Sequence record: ON190024.1
Strand: one strand, 5' to 3'
Length of the DNA stretch: 64,000 nucleotides
Part shown: in pieces, positions 17,861-28,072 of the stretch
How positions within the stretch are numbered: the stretch's first letter is position 1
Layout: every line of letters begins with the position of its first letter
The notes under the pieces: model-generated
Told to the model about the DNA's origin: nothing
The model's database searches: none
The model's input: the letters and a program-made list of their open reading frames with translations, nothing else
Translations under genes and position numbers: made by a program

Positions 17861-18778
17861 ATGAAACTGATTGTAACCGTCGGTGTGCCTGCGTCCGGCA
17901 AAACTACGTGGGCTGAGAAATTCTGTGCAAACGGAAAAGCAGTAAATGTCAATCGCGACGACACTCGTCAAGAACTGTTCGGTCCCTTCAAGTGGGGCGA
18001 ATACAGCTTCAAGAAGCAGAACGAAGAACTTGTGACGAAAGTCAACAAAGACAAAGCTATGCTTGCCCTACGTTCTGGTAAAGACGTTGTAATCTCTGAT
18101 ACTAACCTTGTGCCAGAGCGTCGTGAAGAGTGGCGTAATATCGCTAAACAGCTTGGTGCTGAATACGAAGAGAAGTTGTTTCATATCTCTTTCGATGAAG
18201 CATTTGCACGCGATAAAGCTCGTGAAATGTCAGTTGGTGGTAAAGTTCTAACAACTATGTTCCAGAACTACCACAAAAACAACCGCGATTTGATTATCGC
18301 GCACTTCAAATCACTGCTTGAGCCTCTTTGGGAAGCAGGTACTGAGTTGTGCGTATTGTCTGACATCGACGGCACAGTTGCTGAAATGCACAAAGGTGTT
18401 AAAGGTCGTCGTAGCCCATTTGAATGGCTACGTGTTGAAGAAGACTCACCGCGTGACACCGTAATCGAAATGCTAGATCTTCTAAGCGCCCACTATCCAA
18501 TCATTTTCATGAGCGGTCGTGATGGTGTTTGTGAAGAGCATACACGCCGTTGGCTATTGAAGCATATGCCATTCGCGTATTCAAGTGGGTTTGACTTGGT
18601 CATGCGTGGTAAAGGCGATTCACGCCCAGACTGGGTAATCAAACTAGAATTGCTACTAGAATTAGCAAAACGTGGTTATCGTCGTCCTATCGTGATGTTC
18701 GATGATCGTGATCAAGTAGTCAATACTCTACGTGAAGTAGGTGTTGAAGTGTTCCAAGTACAACCAGGTAACTTTTAA
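17861..18778 (+). CDS. pseT: Polynucleotide 5'-kinase/3'-phosphatase
   Basis: GVPASGKT, NRDDTR, SDTNL, DIDGT, FDDRDQV, FQVQPGNF. Confidence 0.95.
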   Translation: MKLIVTVGVPASGKTTWAEKFCANGKAVNVNRDDTRQELFGPFKWGEYSFKKQNEELVTKVNKDKAMLALRSGKDVVISDTNLVPERREEWRNIAKQLGAEYEEKLFHISFDEAFARDKAREMSVGGKVLTTMFQNYHKNNRDLIIAHFKSLLEPLWEAGTELCVLSDIDGTVAEMHKGVKGRRSPFEWLRVEEDSPRDTVIEMLDLLSAHYPIIFMSGRDGVCEEHTRRWLLKHMPFAYSSGFDLVMRGKGDSRPDWVIKLELLLELAKRGYRRPIVMFDDRDQVVNTLREVGVEVFQVQPGNF

Positions 18779-18787
18779 GGCAAAATT

Positions 18788-19333
18788 ATGACTGAAGTAT
18801 TAATCACAATCGCTGCAATTGCATTTGTAGCACTCGTAGTAACACTGATCGTACGTGCTCGTACCAAGCAAAAAGAAGAAGCTGCGAATGCATTGTCAAT
18901 GCGTGAAGCTGCGGCTAATCGCACACGTGAACAACTCGAATCAATCAGCGCAATGAGTAACGGTGCTTCTCGTATGAAGCCTAAAGCTCCATCACGACCT
19001 GCGAGTTCTTCTCGACATAGCGCACCATCACGTTCTCGTACGCGACGTGACGACGATGACATCATCACGAACCCGCTGCACCCGTTAAATCCGATTACTG
19101 ACCCGGTCGGTCTGTATGAACGCGATGAACCGGTACGTGAAACACGCTCAGAACCAAGCTACTCTGCACCTGAGCCGAGTTACAGTGAGCCAGAACGTAG
19201 TCCGAGCGTATCAAGCCCAGGCAGCTACTCATTCGGTGGTAGTTCGGATAGCGGCTCAAGCTACTCAAGCTCAAGTGACAGTGGTTCAAGTTACTCAAGC
19301 AGCGATAGTAGTTCAGGTGGGAGCTTCGACTAA
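18788..19333 (+). CDS. Membrane-anchored protein with Ser/Gly-rich low-complexity tail
   Basis: N-terminal TM; C-terminus SSSSDSGSSYSSSDSSSGGSFD. Confidence 0.7.
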   Translation: MTEVLITIAAIAFVALVVTLIVRARTKQKEEAANALSMREAAANRTREQLESISAMSNGASRMKPKAPSRPASSSRHSAPSRSRTRRDDDDIITNPLHPLNPITDPVGLYERDEPVRETRSEPSYSAPEPSYSEPERSPSVSSPGSYSFGGSSDSGSSYSSSSDSGSSYSSSDSSSGGSFD

Positions 19334-19931
19334 TGATTGTATCTGAAATTCGTGGCGACTTGGTCGCCACCCTTGCTCAAGCAATTGAAAATCCGAATCA
19401 TCAACGTACGTTTATCATGGGGCAGGGTTGTAACTGCTTTATCAGACAAGGTTCTGGCATTGCAGGTCAGCTACGGCGTTTCCCTGAAGTATATCAAGCT
19501 GATATTGACTACGGTCGTGAAGGCGATCCGTTGAAACTTGGTGAATTCTCTGTTGCATTGTTCNNNNNNNNNNNNNNNNNNNNNNNNNNNNNNNNNNNNN
19601 NNNNNNNNNNNNNNNNNNNNNNNNNNNNNNNNNNNNNNNNNNNNNNNNNNNNNNNNNNNNNNNTGTTCCACAAGCTGCTGTGTTCAACCTGTACACGCAG
19701 TTTAGTATGGGGACTCGTGAGCGTCATGCTGAATATTCAGCAATCAAAGAAGGCGTTCGCGCTATGGTTCGCTACCTTGAAGACAATGACGACAAGATCT
19801 ACTTGCCATTAATCGGTGCTGGATTAGCTGGCGGCGATTGGGAAATCATTCGCCATATCATCGACAAATCAAGTGGAAATAAAGAAATTGTCATTGTACA
19901 TTTCGAAGAAGGCACACTAATCGACTGGTGA
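19333..19931 (+). CDS. Macrodomain (Appr-1-p processing, T4 tk.4-like) protein spanning an N gap
   Basis: GCNCF..GSGIA before gap; FNLYTQF and LPLIGAGLAGGDW after gap. Confidence 0.75.
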
Positions 19932-19934
19932 TTT

Positions 19935-20105
19935 ATGTTTACCTCAGCATTTGTGTATAACGCACTGATTTTTCTCGCTATTCTATCTGTTGGTGCTATT
20001 TTTGCATATTTTATCGCGAAAATGCTTGACAAGAGTGAGGAGAAACGTGTTAAACTACGTCACAAGCTCATAAGACAACGAGCGAGAAAGAGACTACCGA
20101 AATGA
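19935..20105 (+). CDS. Small membrane protein (56 aa, not in ORF track)
   Basis: MFTSAFVYNALIFLAILSVGAIFAYFIAK plus basic tail; coupled to next ORF. Confidence 0.55.
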   Translation: MFTSAFVYNALIFLAILSVGAIFAYFIAKMLDKSEEKRVKLRHKLIRQRARKRLPK

Positions 20106-20332
20106 GTTTTGAAACAAACAAAAAGCTTGCCGAAGCATTTGACTCATGGCGTGTAGTGCCTAGAATTTTAGTTGCACTGTACTGTTACTTACTGTATACT
20201 ACAGCAATATGGTTCATGGCACTGCCTGATCCGTCAGCAACTCAATCAGCATTCGTATCGACAATTGTCGGTGCGGGTGCTGCAATCTTCGGCTTATACA
20301 CTAATTCTGGAAAAGGAAAGACTAATGGCTAA
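20102..20332 (+). CDS. Small two-TM membrane protein
   Basis: Two hydrophobic helices flanking LPDPS. Confidence 0.65.
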   Translation: MSFETNKKLAEAFDSWRVVPRILVALYCYLLYTTAIWFMALPDPSATQSAFVSTIVGAGAAIFGLYTNSGKGKTNG

Positions 20333-20516
20333 ACGACTATACCCACATGAAGTTGATCACGAACTACAGCGTCGCGACGTTTGGTTGAAGGCGTGGTGTC
20401 ATACTGCTAACGCTAATGACTGTAAAGAAACATCAACTGCAACAAGCTATGCTGATGCGTGTCTGGCTGCATTTGACCGTCGTTTTGAAGCTATCGAGGT
20501 AATTAAACATGACTGA
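20325..20516 (+). CDS. Hypothetical protein
   Basis: AAGGA SD, overlaps both neighbours. Confidence 0.6.
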   Translation: MAKRLYPHEVDHELQRRDVWLKAWCHTANANDCKETSTATSYADACLAAFDRRFEAIEVIKHD

Positions 20517-20907
20517 TTTTGATATTGCACTACTTAACCCGACTATCATCAAGTCAACTGAAATCGCAGGTCATAACTTCGGTAACAAAGTTATCGAGAT
20601 TGTGAGTGATCACATTGACGGCGATGACATGGATAACTTCATTGAATTCATCGTTGAAGCTGAAGAACGAGAGCGTGAGCACCCGTATGTAGGTCATTTC
20701 TACGGTGATTTGTTAGTCATGAGCTTGTCTGAAGACCGTCATCACTTCGAAGCACGTATGTCTGACGAAGACATTGCGAATCTGACAATCACGATTGATG
20801 ATGCATTTATTCAATACACAAATGAGTTTATTGAATGGTACAAGCAGAAAGCGCGAGAGTTCTTCGATGATGATGAATTGGAATTCATCATTGAAAACGA
20901 AATCTAA
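20509..20907 (+). CDS. Acidic hypothetical protein
   Basis: GAGG SD; followed by hairpin 20911-20937. Confidence 0.7.
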   Translation: MTDFDIALLNPTIIKSTEIAGHNFGNKVIEIVSDHIDGDDMDNFIEFIVEAEEREREHPYVGHFYGDLLVMSLSEDRHHFEARMSDEDIANLTITIDDAFIQYTNEFIEWYKQKAREFFDDDELEFIIENEI

Positions 20908-20980
20908 CAAAATCTCGTCTCTATTGGCGGGATTTTTAGTTTTCATCTAAATAGAAGAAACAACACAAAAAGGTATCATA

Positions 20981-22662
20981 ATGAAACTGTTTACTGAATT
21001 TTATCAAGAAGTTCGACTTGACGAAATCTCAGATCGTGCGAATATCGACATTGATTGGGATTGGGGTCATGAGAACGGTACGGGAGAAACTTCGGCGAGA
21101 TTTGACGCAGCCGGTGAGAAATTCCAAGTTAGCGTTGACGAGAGTAACCCGGGTTATTTCACGATCACATTCCAGAACTCTAGTGGCTATTCTCAGACTG
21201 GTAGAGCGGGACACTCTGCGGCTGCTGTATTCTCTGGAGTATTGACGACTTTACGTGAATTCACCGAAACGTACGAAGAAGAAATGGGCATGAAACCATA
21301 TGAATATGACTTCAGCGCAGCGTACGAACTACCGCGAAATCACGACTATTACTCATTGGTTAACAATCGTCGCGAGGCAACTCGTTTAGATGAAGAAAGC
21401 AAGAAAAAGCTATTGAAAGACTTGATTTCTCGCCCTATGCTTTACTACGCACTATCGTTGACTTTTGGTAAAGAATACGGCTATTCAACTGAAATTAGCG
21501 ACCGTTGGCTTGCTCGTCTTGCAGGGGGCGCGAATGATTTCCGTTCCGTTCGTAAGAACGTGACTCGAAGCATTCTGTCGATGAATGACAGCGACGTTAA
21601 CCAAGCGTTGATGAACATGAGCGGTTCTGTTTCGTTCACTCTTACCAACGAAAACGAACGTCCTAGCAGCTACGACACAGCATTCGGTGGCGGTCCGTCT
21701 CTTGAAGACTACGTTGATGAAGCAGACCAATACCAAATCGAAGCGTGGATCAATGATGGTCGTGAAGATGAAATCATCGAACATGCTGATTGGCAAACTC
21801 TAGTTCGCATTGCGGAATGGGGTCTGATGCACGATGAACTGATTTTCCATGATGATGAAGACGTTCGAAACGCGGTAATTCGCACAGACTACGAAATGGG
21901 CGAGAAACTAGCCGAATCGCCTGAGTGGGAACATCGTAAACAAGCTGCTGAAAATGGTTTTGGCATTTGGGATCTTGTTCTTGACTCTGACGAAGACGTG
22001 CGNNNNNNNNNNNNNNNNNNNNNNNNNNNNNNNNNNNNNNNNNNNNNNNNNNNNNNNNNNNNNNNNNNNNNNNNNNNNNNNNNNNNNNNNNNNNNNNNNN
22101 NNTAATTCGCACAGACTACGAAATGGGCGAGAAACTAGCCGAATCGCCTGAGTGGGAACATCGTAAACAAGCTGCTGAAAATGGTTTTGGCATTTGGGAT
22201 CTTGTTCTTGACTCTGACGAAGACGTGCGCGAAGCTGCATGGGACTGGTCGTTTGAAAATGACGATGCTGATACTCGAATCACATACGCGAAACGCTACG
22301 AAGGCAACTTCGGTCGAGCAATGGCTGAAGACGTGTGGGATCGCATGATCGACGATTCAGATGACTATGAAGAGCGTCAATACGTAGCTGAACAAGGTTA
22401 TCGTCTTGAAGAACTTCTAGCAGACCATGACGAAGACGTGCGTTCTTCTGCAATCAATGCTGTGTTCACAGTAATGGGTCTGGATGGTCGAGAAGCGGCT
22501 GAGTTCTTGATGGAAAACTCTGAACCTTACCAAGAAGAAGTGTTTGAATACGCGATTAACGGTAACTTCGGTCCATCTTTCGATGAAGCACTAATCGAAA
22601 TTGCTGAAGAAAACGGCGTTGATGTTTCTGAGTACAAAGACGAAGAAGACGAAGACGAATAA
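20981..22662 (+). CDS. Acidic protein with HEAT-like repeats, candidate internal head protein (484 aa if the gap duplication is collapsed)
   Basis: CTAAATA upstream; DEDVR repeats; 21876-22002 equals 22103-22229 across the N gap and collapsing restores one frame. Confidence 0.7.
22003..22102. other. 100-N scaffold gap flanked by a 127-nt exact duplication
   Basis: Identical sequence either side of the gap. Confidence 0.9.
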
Positions 22663-22665
22663 TGA

Positions 22666-22703
22666 AAAAAGGGTTGACAGATGTCAGCCCTTTCGTGTAT
22701 TCT
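22666..22703 (+). promoter_or_regulatory. Terminator hairpin with embedded early promoter
   Basis: GGGTTGAC-AGAT-GTCAGCCC-TTT; TTGACA-18-TATTCT. Confidence 0.7.
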
Positions 22704-22730
22704 ACGTATAAGAAATCAACGGAGAGTAAT

Positions 22731-22994
22731 ATGAACATCCAAGACTTAACTGAAATCTTTATCAATTTTCATGACGAAAATTATGAAGTTGATGCAACAC
22801 TTGACCGAATTGAAGATGTAATCGACCGAGAAGACGTACATGGCGTAATGCTGCCATTTTCTCAAGGCGTGAGCATCTTTATTGAAAAGGTCGACAATAC
22901 CGACCTTACCATTGCTGAATATGAAGCATTCGTTGTTGAAAAACTTGAAGAAGAGTTCAACGACGAAATTGGCGAAATCGAATTCATTTACTAA
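22731..22994 (+). CDS. Acidic hypothetical protein
   Basis: GGAGAG SD. Confidence 0.7.
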   Translation: MNIQDLTEIFINFHDENYEVDATLDRIEDVIDREDVHGVMLPFSQGVSIFIEKVDNTDLTIAEYEAFVVEKLEEEFNDEIGEIEFIY

Positions 22995-23004
22995 GAGAGA
23001 AAAC

Positions 23005-23628
23005 ATGCTTCTAGCTGACTACATCAAACACGCAATGCAAGAATATCACACGATTTTCCCGACACGATTTTCCGTGCTTGAACATCTTTTCGCTACGAAC
23101 GGGAATGGAATCACGCTCAAAAACGGTTATATTTATGATCGCGAGACTCGTGACGTAACTCAAAAGCCCTTGCTATCGCGTGAAGACATCATTCTAGAAG
23201 TGAAAGACGCTTCTGAGCATTCTCTAGCCATGTGGGCTCGGTTTGTCAAAGAACTCGGTGATGAACACCCAGAGCTAGTCGAAAAATTCAAGAAGAAGAT
23301 CGACGCACAGCTTGAAGAAGATGAACGCACGGTCGAAAGACTATGTAATATCGACGAAGCATACAAAATTCATCCAGATTTAACCAATCTGCATGTATAT
23401 GCATGGGGCGGGGATCGTCGCTACATTCCAATGTATGACTTCGAAAACTCGAAGTACGATGACACAATCGAGCAACTTGAGTACTTCAGAGATTGCATTG
23501 CCAACGCAACTGTACGTGAAGTCACAGAAGACGACTCACAAACCGATCAGTTCTACGCTCGTGGACTCGTATCGTGGAAAGAAAACATCGGTGAAATCGA
23601 CAAAATCATCGAGAAGCTTCGTAAGTAA
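23005..23628 (+). CDS. Hypothetical protein
   Basis: GAGAG SD. Confidence 0.7.
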   Translation: MLLADYIKHAMQEYHTIFPTRFSVLEHLFATNGNGITLKNGYIYDRETRDVTQKPLLSREDIILEVKDASEHSLAMWARFVKELGDEHPELVEKFKKKIDAQLEEDERTVERLCNIDEAYKIHPDLTNLHVYAWGGDRRYIPMYDFENSKYDDTIEQLEYFRDCIANATVREVTEDDSQTDQFYARGLVSWKENIGEIDKIIEKLRK

Positions 23629-23685
23629 TGTTTAATCTCTATTGTTTATTGACTATAATTTAAGCATAACAAGAGAGGTGAACAA

Positions 23686-23901
23686 ATGGGACATTACGAT
23701 TGCAAAGAATGCGGCACTTTTGGTTGTTTCGGTGAGTGTCAAGAGCCAGCAAACGTCGAGCGAGAAAAGCAACGTGTAGAGCGTCAAGCACGTGCTGACA
23801 AATACGCTGCGATTCTTGAAGCTGAAGAGAGACGAGTACGCGACTTAGAAAAAGCACGCGCATTCTTCTTGGTGCACGATAGAAAAGGGAATCCGATTTA
23901 A
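23686..23901 (+). CDS. Small protein with N-terminal CxxC/CxxxC zinc motif and coiled coil
   Basis: CKECGTFGCFGEC; GAGG SD. Confidence 0.65.
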   Translation: MGHYDCKECGTFGCFGECQEPANVEREKQRVERQARADKYAAILEAEERRVRDLEKARAFFLVHDRKGNPI

Positions 23902-24278
23902 TGCTGCACAAGTATTCAACAAATCGTTTCATGAACATGGTTAATTACATGAGTTCTCAGTTCGTACAAGGTACGATTTTCTTGGGATTCATGCCGATTA
24001 CAGCGCCTGACGATTCTTGGGGAATGAACGTACCTGAGAGTGACCATCGTTGGTGCGCTGTCCATTTATTCGATTCTGAGCAACAAGCTACACGCTCAGA
24101 TGAAGAAGAACGCGAACAGAAGCGAATCAATAAAGGTTATGAGTGGTTGGTCGTGCTTTATGGAACTGACAACACATCGTACATGAAACGCTTTAAACGT
24201 CGCGAAGACGCAATCGCGTGGTTCTTCAATGAAGAATCGGTAAAAACACTAGATGGGCTATTTTTCTACAATAGTTGA
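23901..24278 (+). CDS. Hypothetical protein
   Basis: ORF coupled to previous stop. Confidence 0.6.
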   Translation: MLHKYSTNRFMNMVNYMSSQFVQGTIFLGFMPITAPDDSWGMNVPESDHRWCAVHLFDSEQQATRSDEEEREQKRINKGYEWLVVLYGTDNTSYMKRFKRREDAIAWFFNEESVKTLDGLFFYNS

Positions 24279-24280
24279 AT

Positions 24281-24317
24281 AAAAAGGGTTGCACTGTGCA
24301 GCCCTTTTCTATATCAT
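24281..24317 (+). promoter_or_regulatory. Terminator hairpin with embedded early promoter
   Basis: GGGTTGCAC-TGTGCAGCCC-TTTT; TTGCAC-17-TATCAT. Confidence 0.7.
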
Positions 24318-24346
24318 GAGCACATCAAAACGAAAGAGAGACGATT

Positions 24347-24967
24347 ATGAACGTTGAACAAACACTACGTGAATTGAATATCACCAACAACCAAGTTTAC
24401 ACACGCATCGTAAATGAAGTAATGAAACCGAACATTCTTTCAATTTATGAACACATGAGATTGAAAATCGGATATAATCAAGAAATTTGGTATGGTGATG
24501 CTGATGTGTATGTATCAATCGAGCCTGCATTCGAGAAATACAGAGAACAGCATGACGTTTTGATCATCAACAACGTTGTATCGTGCTTTGATCGAGCAAT
24601 TGTCATTGCAATTATCAACAAAGAGACTGGCGACATACCATTGTGTAAATGTGTCGAGGGTCAAGGTGTGAAACACGAGGGTTGGAATTTCGGTGATCAT
24701 CGTGATTGGAAGATTGAAGGTCTCGATACGCTTCGCGAACACAAGTGGAGATTTGGTTACGAGGATTTGCGCGACGACTCGCTTGTATTTCAGCTAGATT
24801 CGATTTGGGCTGATATTCGACCAGATAAGCCGTATAACGGCTGGCATCGTTCGTCTTATGGTTGTGGGTTTCATGTTGAGAATCTACTGTACGCAGAACG
24901 CGAAATCAGATGGGCATTCAGTTCTGTTGTTGAAGAAGAAGCATATACAATTTGCGAAAAAGAATAA
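24347..24967 (+). CDS. Hypothetical early protein
   Basis: GAGAG SD behind early promoter. Confidence 0.7.
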   Translation: MNVEQTLRELNITNNQVYTRIVNEVMKPNILSIYEHMRLKIGYNQEIWYGDADVYVSIEPAFEKYREQHDVLIINNVVSCFDRAIVIAIINKETGDIPLCKCVEGQGVKHEGWNFGDHRDWKIEGLDTLREHKWRFGYEDLRDDSLVFQLDSIWADIRPDKPYNGWHRSSYGCGFHVENLLYAEREIRWAFSSVVEEEAYTICEKE

Positions 24968-24993
24968 AAAAAGGGGCATTCGCCCCTTTTTTT
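24966..24993. terminator. Bidirectional intrinsic terminator
   Basis: A7-GGGGC-ATTC-GCCCC-T7 between convergent genes. Confidence 0.85.
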
Positions 24994-26047
24994 ATGGTCT
25001 GTAGATCATGTGATTTGAACCCATTCGTTCCCATGTACCTAGATTCATGCGATTTTTCATTTCAACGAAGAATGCGGGGTTTGCTCTAATGTCATCAAGT
25101 GGCAGTGCAACAACACCTTCAGTTTTATGCGCCAATAGCTCTAGTTTATCAAGCAAATCAGACGTTGTACGACCGTCATATTTGAATTGACTGAACCAAT
25201 AACCAATCTTACTGAATTTCGTATCTCTTGTGTATTTCACATCAAAGCCTTTCAGAGCATACGCTAAGTTACTTTCTTTACCGTGAAACGGCTTGCGATA
25301 TGCGCTATGTTCAGCACCAGCACGAGCAAGCAATCTCTTCTTAGCTGCGTCTGGTAGATTGAACCACCCATCAAAGTTTTTCTTGAAGTTCAACATCCAT
25401 GCTTCTGGCGTAGCTGGTGAGCCTTTGAAGTATGCTTTCGTATCAGCAATGGCTTGTGCATAGCGTGCGTTAATCTCATGAGAATAGTTCTGATATTCGT
25501 CGTGAGACGCTTCGTGACCGCTTTTAGCGTGACGGATGAACTCTTTATCAATGTATCCGCGTTTACGCCCTGAGTGTTGATACACGCCCTCTGCGTCGCT
25601 TGTCTCGAAGTCTTCAATGTCACCAGAACGATAGTTGTCGTAAGCGTGTTGCAGTTCATGTAATGCCGTGCTATACAACTGTGGTTTCTGCAATCTGAAT
25701 TTCGCCATGATTTGACTAACTGCTGTTACTCCAGTTATATCCACAACAAGCTTGAGATACCCTGCTTCTGAGATCGAGTCGTCATGTAATTTGCCATTCC
25801 AAACACCGAGTTCGGTTGGGTTATTATTGTCTAACTTCAGATATGCTAGAATACCTTCAGCTAGTAATGCATCGAACTCACTCTCACCAGTTCTGATATT
25901 CAGAGTTTTTGTGTTGATGGATAGTTTATTTGGATCCCATGGTGCTTTACTTAGTGCGCCTTCTAATTGGCGTTCTAATGTATCGACGATGGTTTTTGAC
26001 GCTTGTTCTAATGCGCGTTGTGATTGTACGTTTTCAAAAATAATCAT
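24992..26047 (-). CDS. Putative zincin metallopeptidase, candidate internal head protein
   Basis: ALHELQHAYD (HExxH) plus HEINA; CTAAATA at 26080-26086 minus. Confidence 0.6.
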   Translation of the reverse strand: MIIFENVQSQRALEQASKTIVDTLERQLEGALSKAPWDPNKLSINTKTLNIRTGESEFDALLAEGILAYLKLDNNNPTELGVWNGKLHDDSISEAGYLKLVVDITGVTAVSQIMAKFRLQKPQLYSTALHELQHAYDNYRSGDIEDFETSDAEGVYQHSGRKRGYIDKEFIRHAKSGHEASHDEYQNYSHEINARYAQAIADTKAYFKGSPATPEAWMLNFKKNFDGWFNLPDAAKKRLLARAGAEHSAYRKPFHGKESNLAYALKGFDVKYTRDTKFSKIGYWFSQFKYDGRTTSDLLDKLELLAHKTEGVVALPLDDIRANPAFFVEMKNRMNLGTWERMGSNHMIYRP

Positions 26048-26124
26048 CTTTTTTCTCGAATTCGGTTGACTGTATTACTTATTTAGGTTAATATCTCTCT
26101 CATCGAAACGAAAGAGAGAACATT

Positions 26125-26820
26125 ATGACTAATGCAGCACGCAAATATGTATACGACATCTTCCATGATGAGCTTCAAAAGCCGGTTGTGAATCTAGACG
26201 TATTTAAAATCAAGGGTTCAGATGGTAAGCCAGTGATTAACTATCTATCGAACCCGCACCTACGCAAACAACGCTTTATTATGTTCGTGAATAAACGACA
26301 TGACAACAAGTACGGACGTTCTCTTTGGTCGCATGATATTCGTGATGATTGTGACAAAATCGAAGGTACTTGGTCGAGCGTGGCTAAGGAAATCATCAAA
26401 CGCAAAGCCGAATACGCAAATTACGTGACTAAGACGTATCTTGATTACGACTATGGTGTTGAAGAGCCGACCCTTGCAATCATCGACAAGATGCTGAACA
26501 AGCCGAAGCGTTTTCACGTTGCAAAGTACATCAATAATGAACTGTGTGTCAGTTCGACGAACAATTCAACTGTGCTAATTGATCGTGATACTGGTGTGAA
26601 ATTCGTTGCGAAGATGCAAGATTATCGCCATACTAGTGATATAATGCGACTTGCAACACCTGAAAAAGTGTTTACACCTAACGAAGAAAAAGCACTTTGC
26701 AGTGCAATTACACATCTTGTAAATTCTCGCATCAACGATATTCGTGCTAAGAAACGTGCGAAAGAAGAGAAACGCCGTCAAGCAAAGCGTCAACAACTAA
26801 TCGAAGCATACGGAGCATAA
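26125..26820 (+). CDS. Hypothetical early protein
   Basis: TTGACT-17-TAATAT promoter and ATCGAAACGAAAGAGAG leader. Confidence 0.7.
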   Translation: MTNAARKYVYDIFHDELQKPVVNLDVFKIKGSDGKPVINYLSNPHLRKQRFIMFVNKRHDNKYGRSLWSHDIRDDCDKIEGTWSSVAKEIIKRKAEYANYVTKTYLDYDYGVEEPTLAIIDKMLNKPKRFHVAKYINNELCVSSTNNSTVLIDRDTGVKFVAKMQDYRHTSDIMRLATPEKVFTPNEEKALCSAITHLVNSRINDIRAKKRAKEEKRRQAKRQQLIEAYGA

Positions 26821-26822
26821 TC

Positions 26823-27215
26823 ATGGCCTACGAAGTAATCAATGGCAAATTGCGTAAAGTAAAGAAAAACAAGCCACGCGACTATGATAAAGAATGGTCA
26901 AAGATGCACGAAACTGCCAAGAAGCAAGTTGAAATCATGGATCGTATTCATGAACGTGAGCGCATTGACCGTCTAGGTACTCGTGAGCGTCACGAAGCAA
27001 TGATTGACCTTGCTAAACGCAATGAGCGTAAAGGTAAGAAAGGCGGTGACTGTAACGTAACTCAGTGTCAAAAGCCAGGCGCAAGCTCTTACAACACTGC
27101 AATGAGAGCGTATTACTGCGAGTCTTGTGCTCACGATATTTGGCAAGCAGGTCAACGCGACGGTCGTGACTTCATTCGACCAACACCAGATTACACATAC
27201 AAGTACGAGGGTTAA
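26823..27215 (+). CDS. Basic protein with C-terminal zinc-finger-like Cys pattern
   Basis: CNVTQC...YCESC. Confidence 0.65.
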   Translation: MAYEVINGKLRKVKKNKPRDYDKEWSKMHETAKKQVEIMDRIHERERIDRLGTRERHEAMIDLAKRNERKGKKGGDCNVTQCQKPGASSYNTAMRAYYCESCAHDIWQAGQRDGRDFIRPTPDYTYKYEG

Positions 27216-27219
27216 TCTC

Positions 27220-27459
27220 ATGGGCGAATTTTTATTGGCAATGTTTATCTTCTCATTCGTAATGGCAAACATCGGTTCGATTTTCATTTGCTTGTATGCA
27301 GCATTCAATCGCCAATACAACGTACCGATGATCTTAGTTGCACTGTACGGGTTCATGGGTACGTTTGTTGTCGGCATCGTGTTCTTTCTGCTATTCATCT
27401 TTTCCAAAATCGAAGAAACGAAATTCTGGCAGAAACTGTCTAAAATGAGGGAATTCTAA
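27220..27459 (+). CDS. Two-TM membrane protein
   Basis: Two hydrophobic stretches. Confidence 0.6.
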   Translation: MGEFLLAMFIFSFVMANIGSIFICLYAAFNRQYNVPMILVALYGFMGTFVVGIVFFLLFIFSKIEETKFWQKLSKMREF

Positions 27460-27791
27460 TGCAACAAACTGTATTATTCATCGACTTACGCAACCCACAC
27501 ACTGCGATTGTCGCCAACACGACATTACGAGACAAAAACTTCGATTTGTCGGGTATGGGATTGCGTCGAGCTTGTCAGTCGAACTATATTGCACTTGAGA
27601 AGCAAGGCAAATGGCGTTTAGTGAAATGTCGTTACATGTTTGGATTCGAATCTATGGAATTCAACACGCTCGATGGTGTTGTTGCATTCATCAACGCGAT
27701 TAACATCGACAACAATCAACCATTGATTCGTGAAGTTGTTGTTGAAGAAGTCGCACCCGTGTACACTAACATTAAAGTACGAGGTTTGTAA
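27459..27791 (+). CDS. Hypothetical protein
   Basis: Coupled ORF. Confidence 0.65.
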   Translation: MQQTVLFIDLRNPHTAIVANTTLRDKNFDLSGMGLRRACQSNYIALEKQGKWRLVKCRYMFGFESMEFNTLDGVVAFINAINIDNNQPLIREVVVEEVAPVYTNIKVRGL

Positions 27792-28072
27792 TGAGCTTTG
27801 AAACAAAAATTATCTGCTATGCAGCGCACGTAACTGAATTCGAACCGGGTTGGGGAACTCGACCAGATGGTTACATCATTGCTAAAACTGAAGCTGACGT
27901 TCTGGCAAAAGGCGAGCACATGCGAGAGATCGCTAAACAATCTAAACACGGCTATGAGTATATCGGTGAAGTCTTTAAGTTCGAACCGACTCAGAAAGCT
28001 ATTGATGAACTAACCGACCGTGACTATATCTGGACTGGTCGAAACTTTGACGAATGGGGTACTGTACTATGA
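27791..28072 (+). CDS. Hypothetical protein
   Basis: EFEPGWGTRPDGY; GAGG SD. Confidence 0.65.
   Translation: MSFETKIICYAAHVTEFEPGWGTRPDGYIIAKTEADVLAKGEHMREIAKQSKHGYEYIGEVFKFEPTQKAIDELTDRDYIWTGRNFDEWGTVL

Noticed and set aside
19564-19663. Frameshift or pseudogene in the macrodomain gene
   Set aside because: Frame change coincides with an N gap of arbitrary length.
21876-22229. 127-nt direct repeat suggesting an internal tandem duplication
   Set aside because: Exact identity, both copies abut a 100-N placeholder, and collapsing restores one frame: scaffolding artefact.
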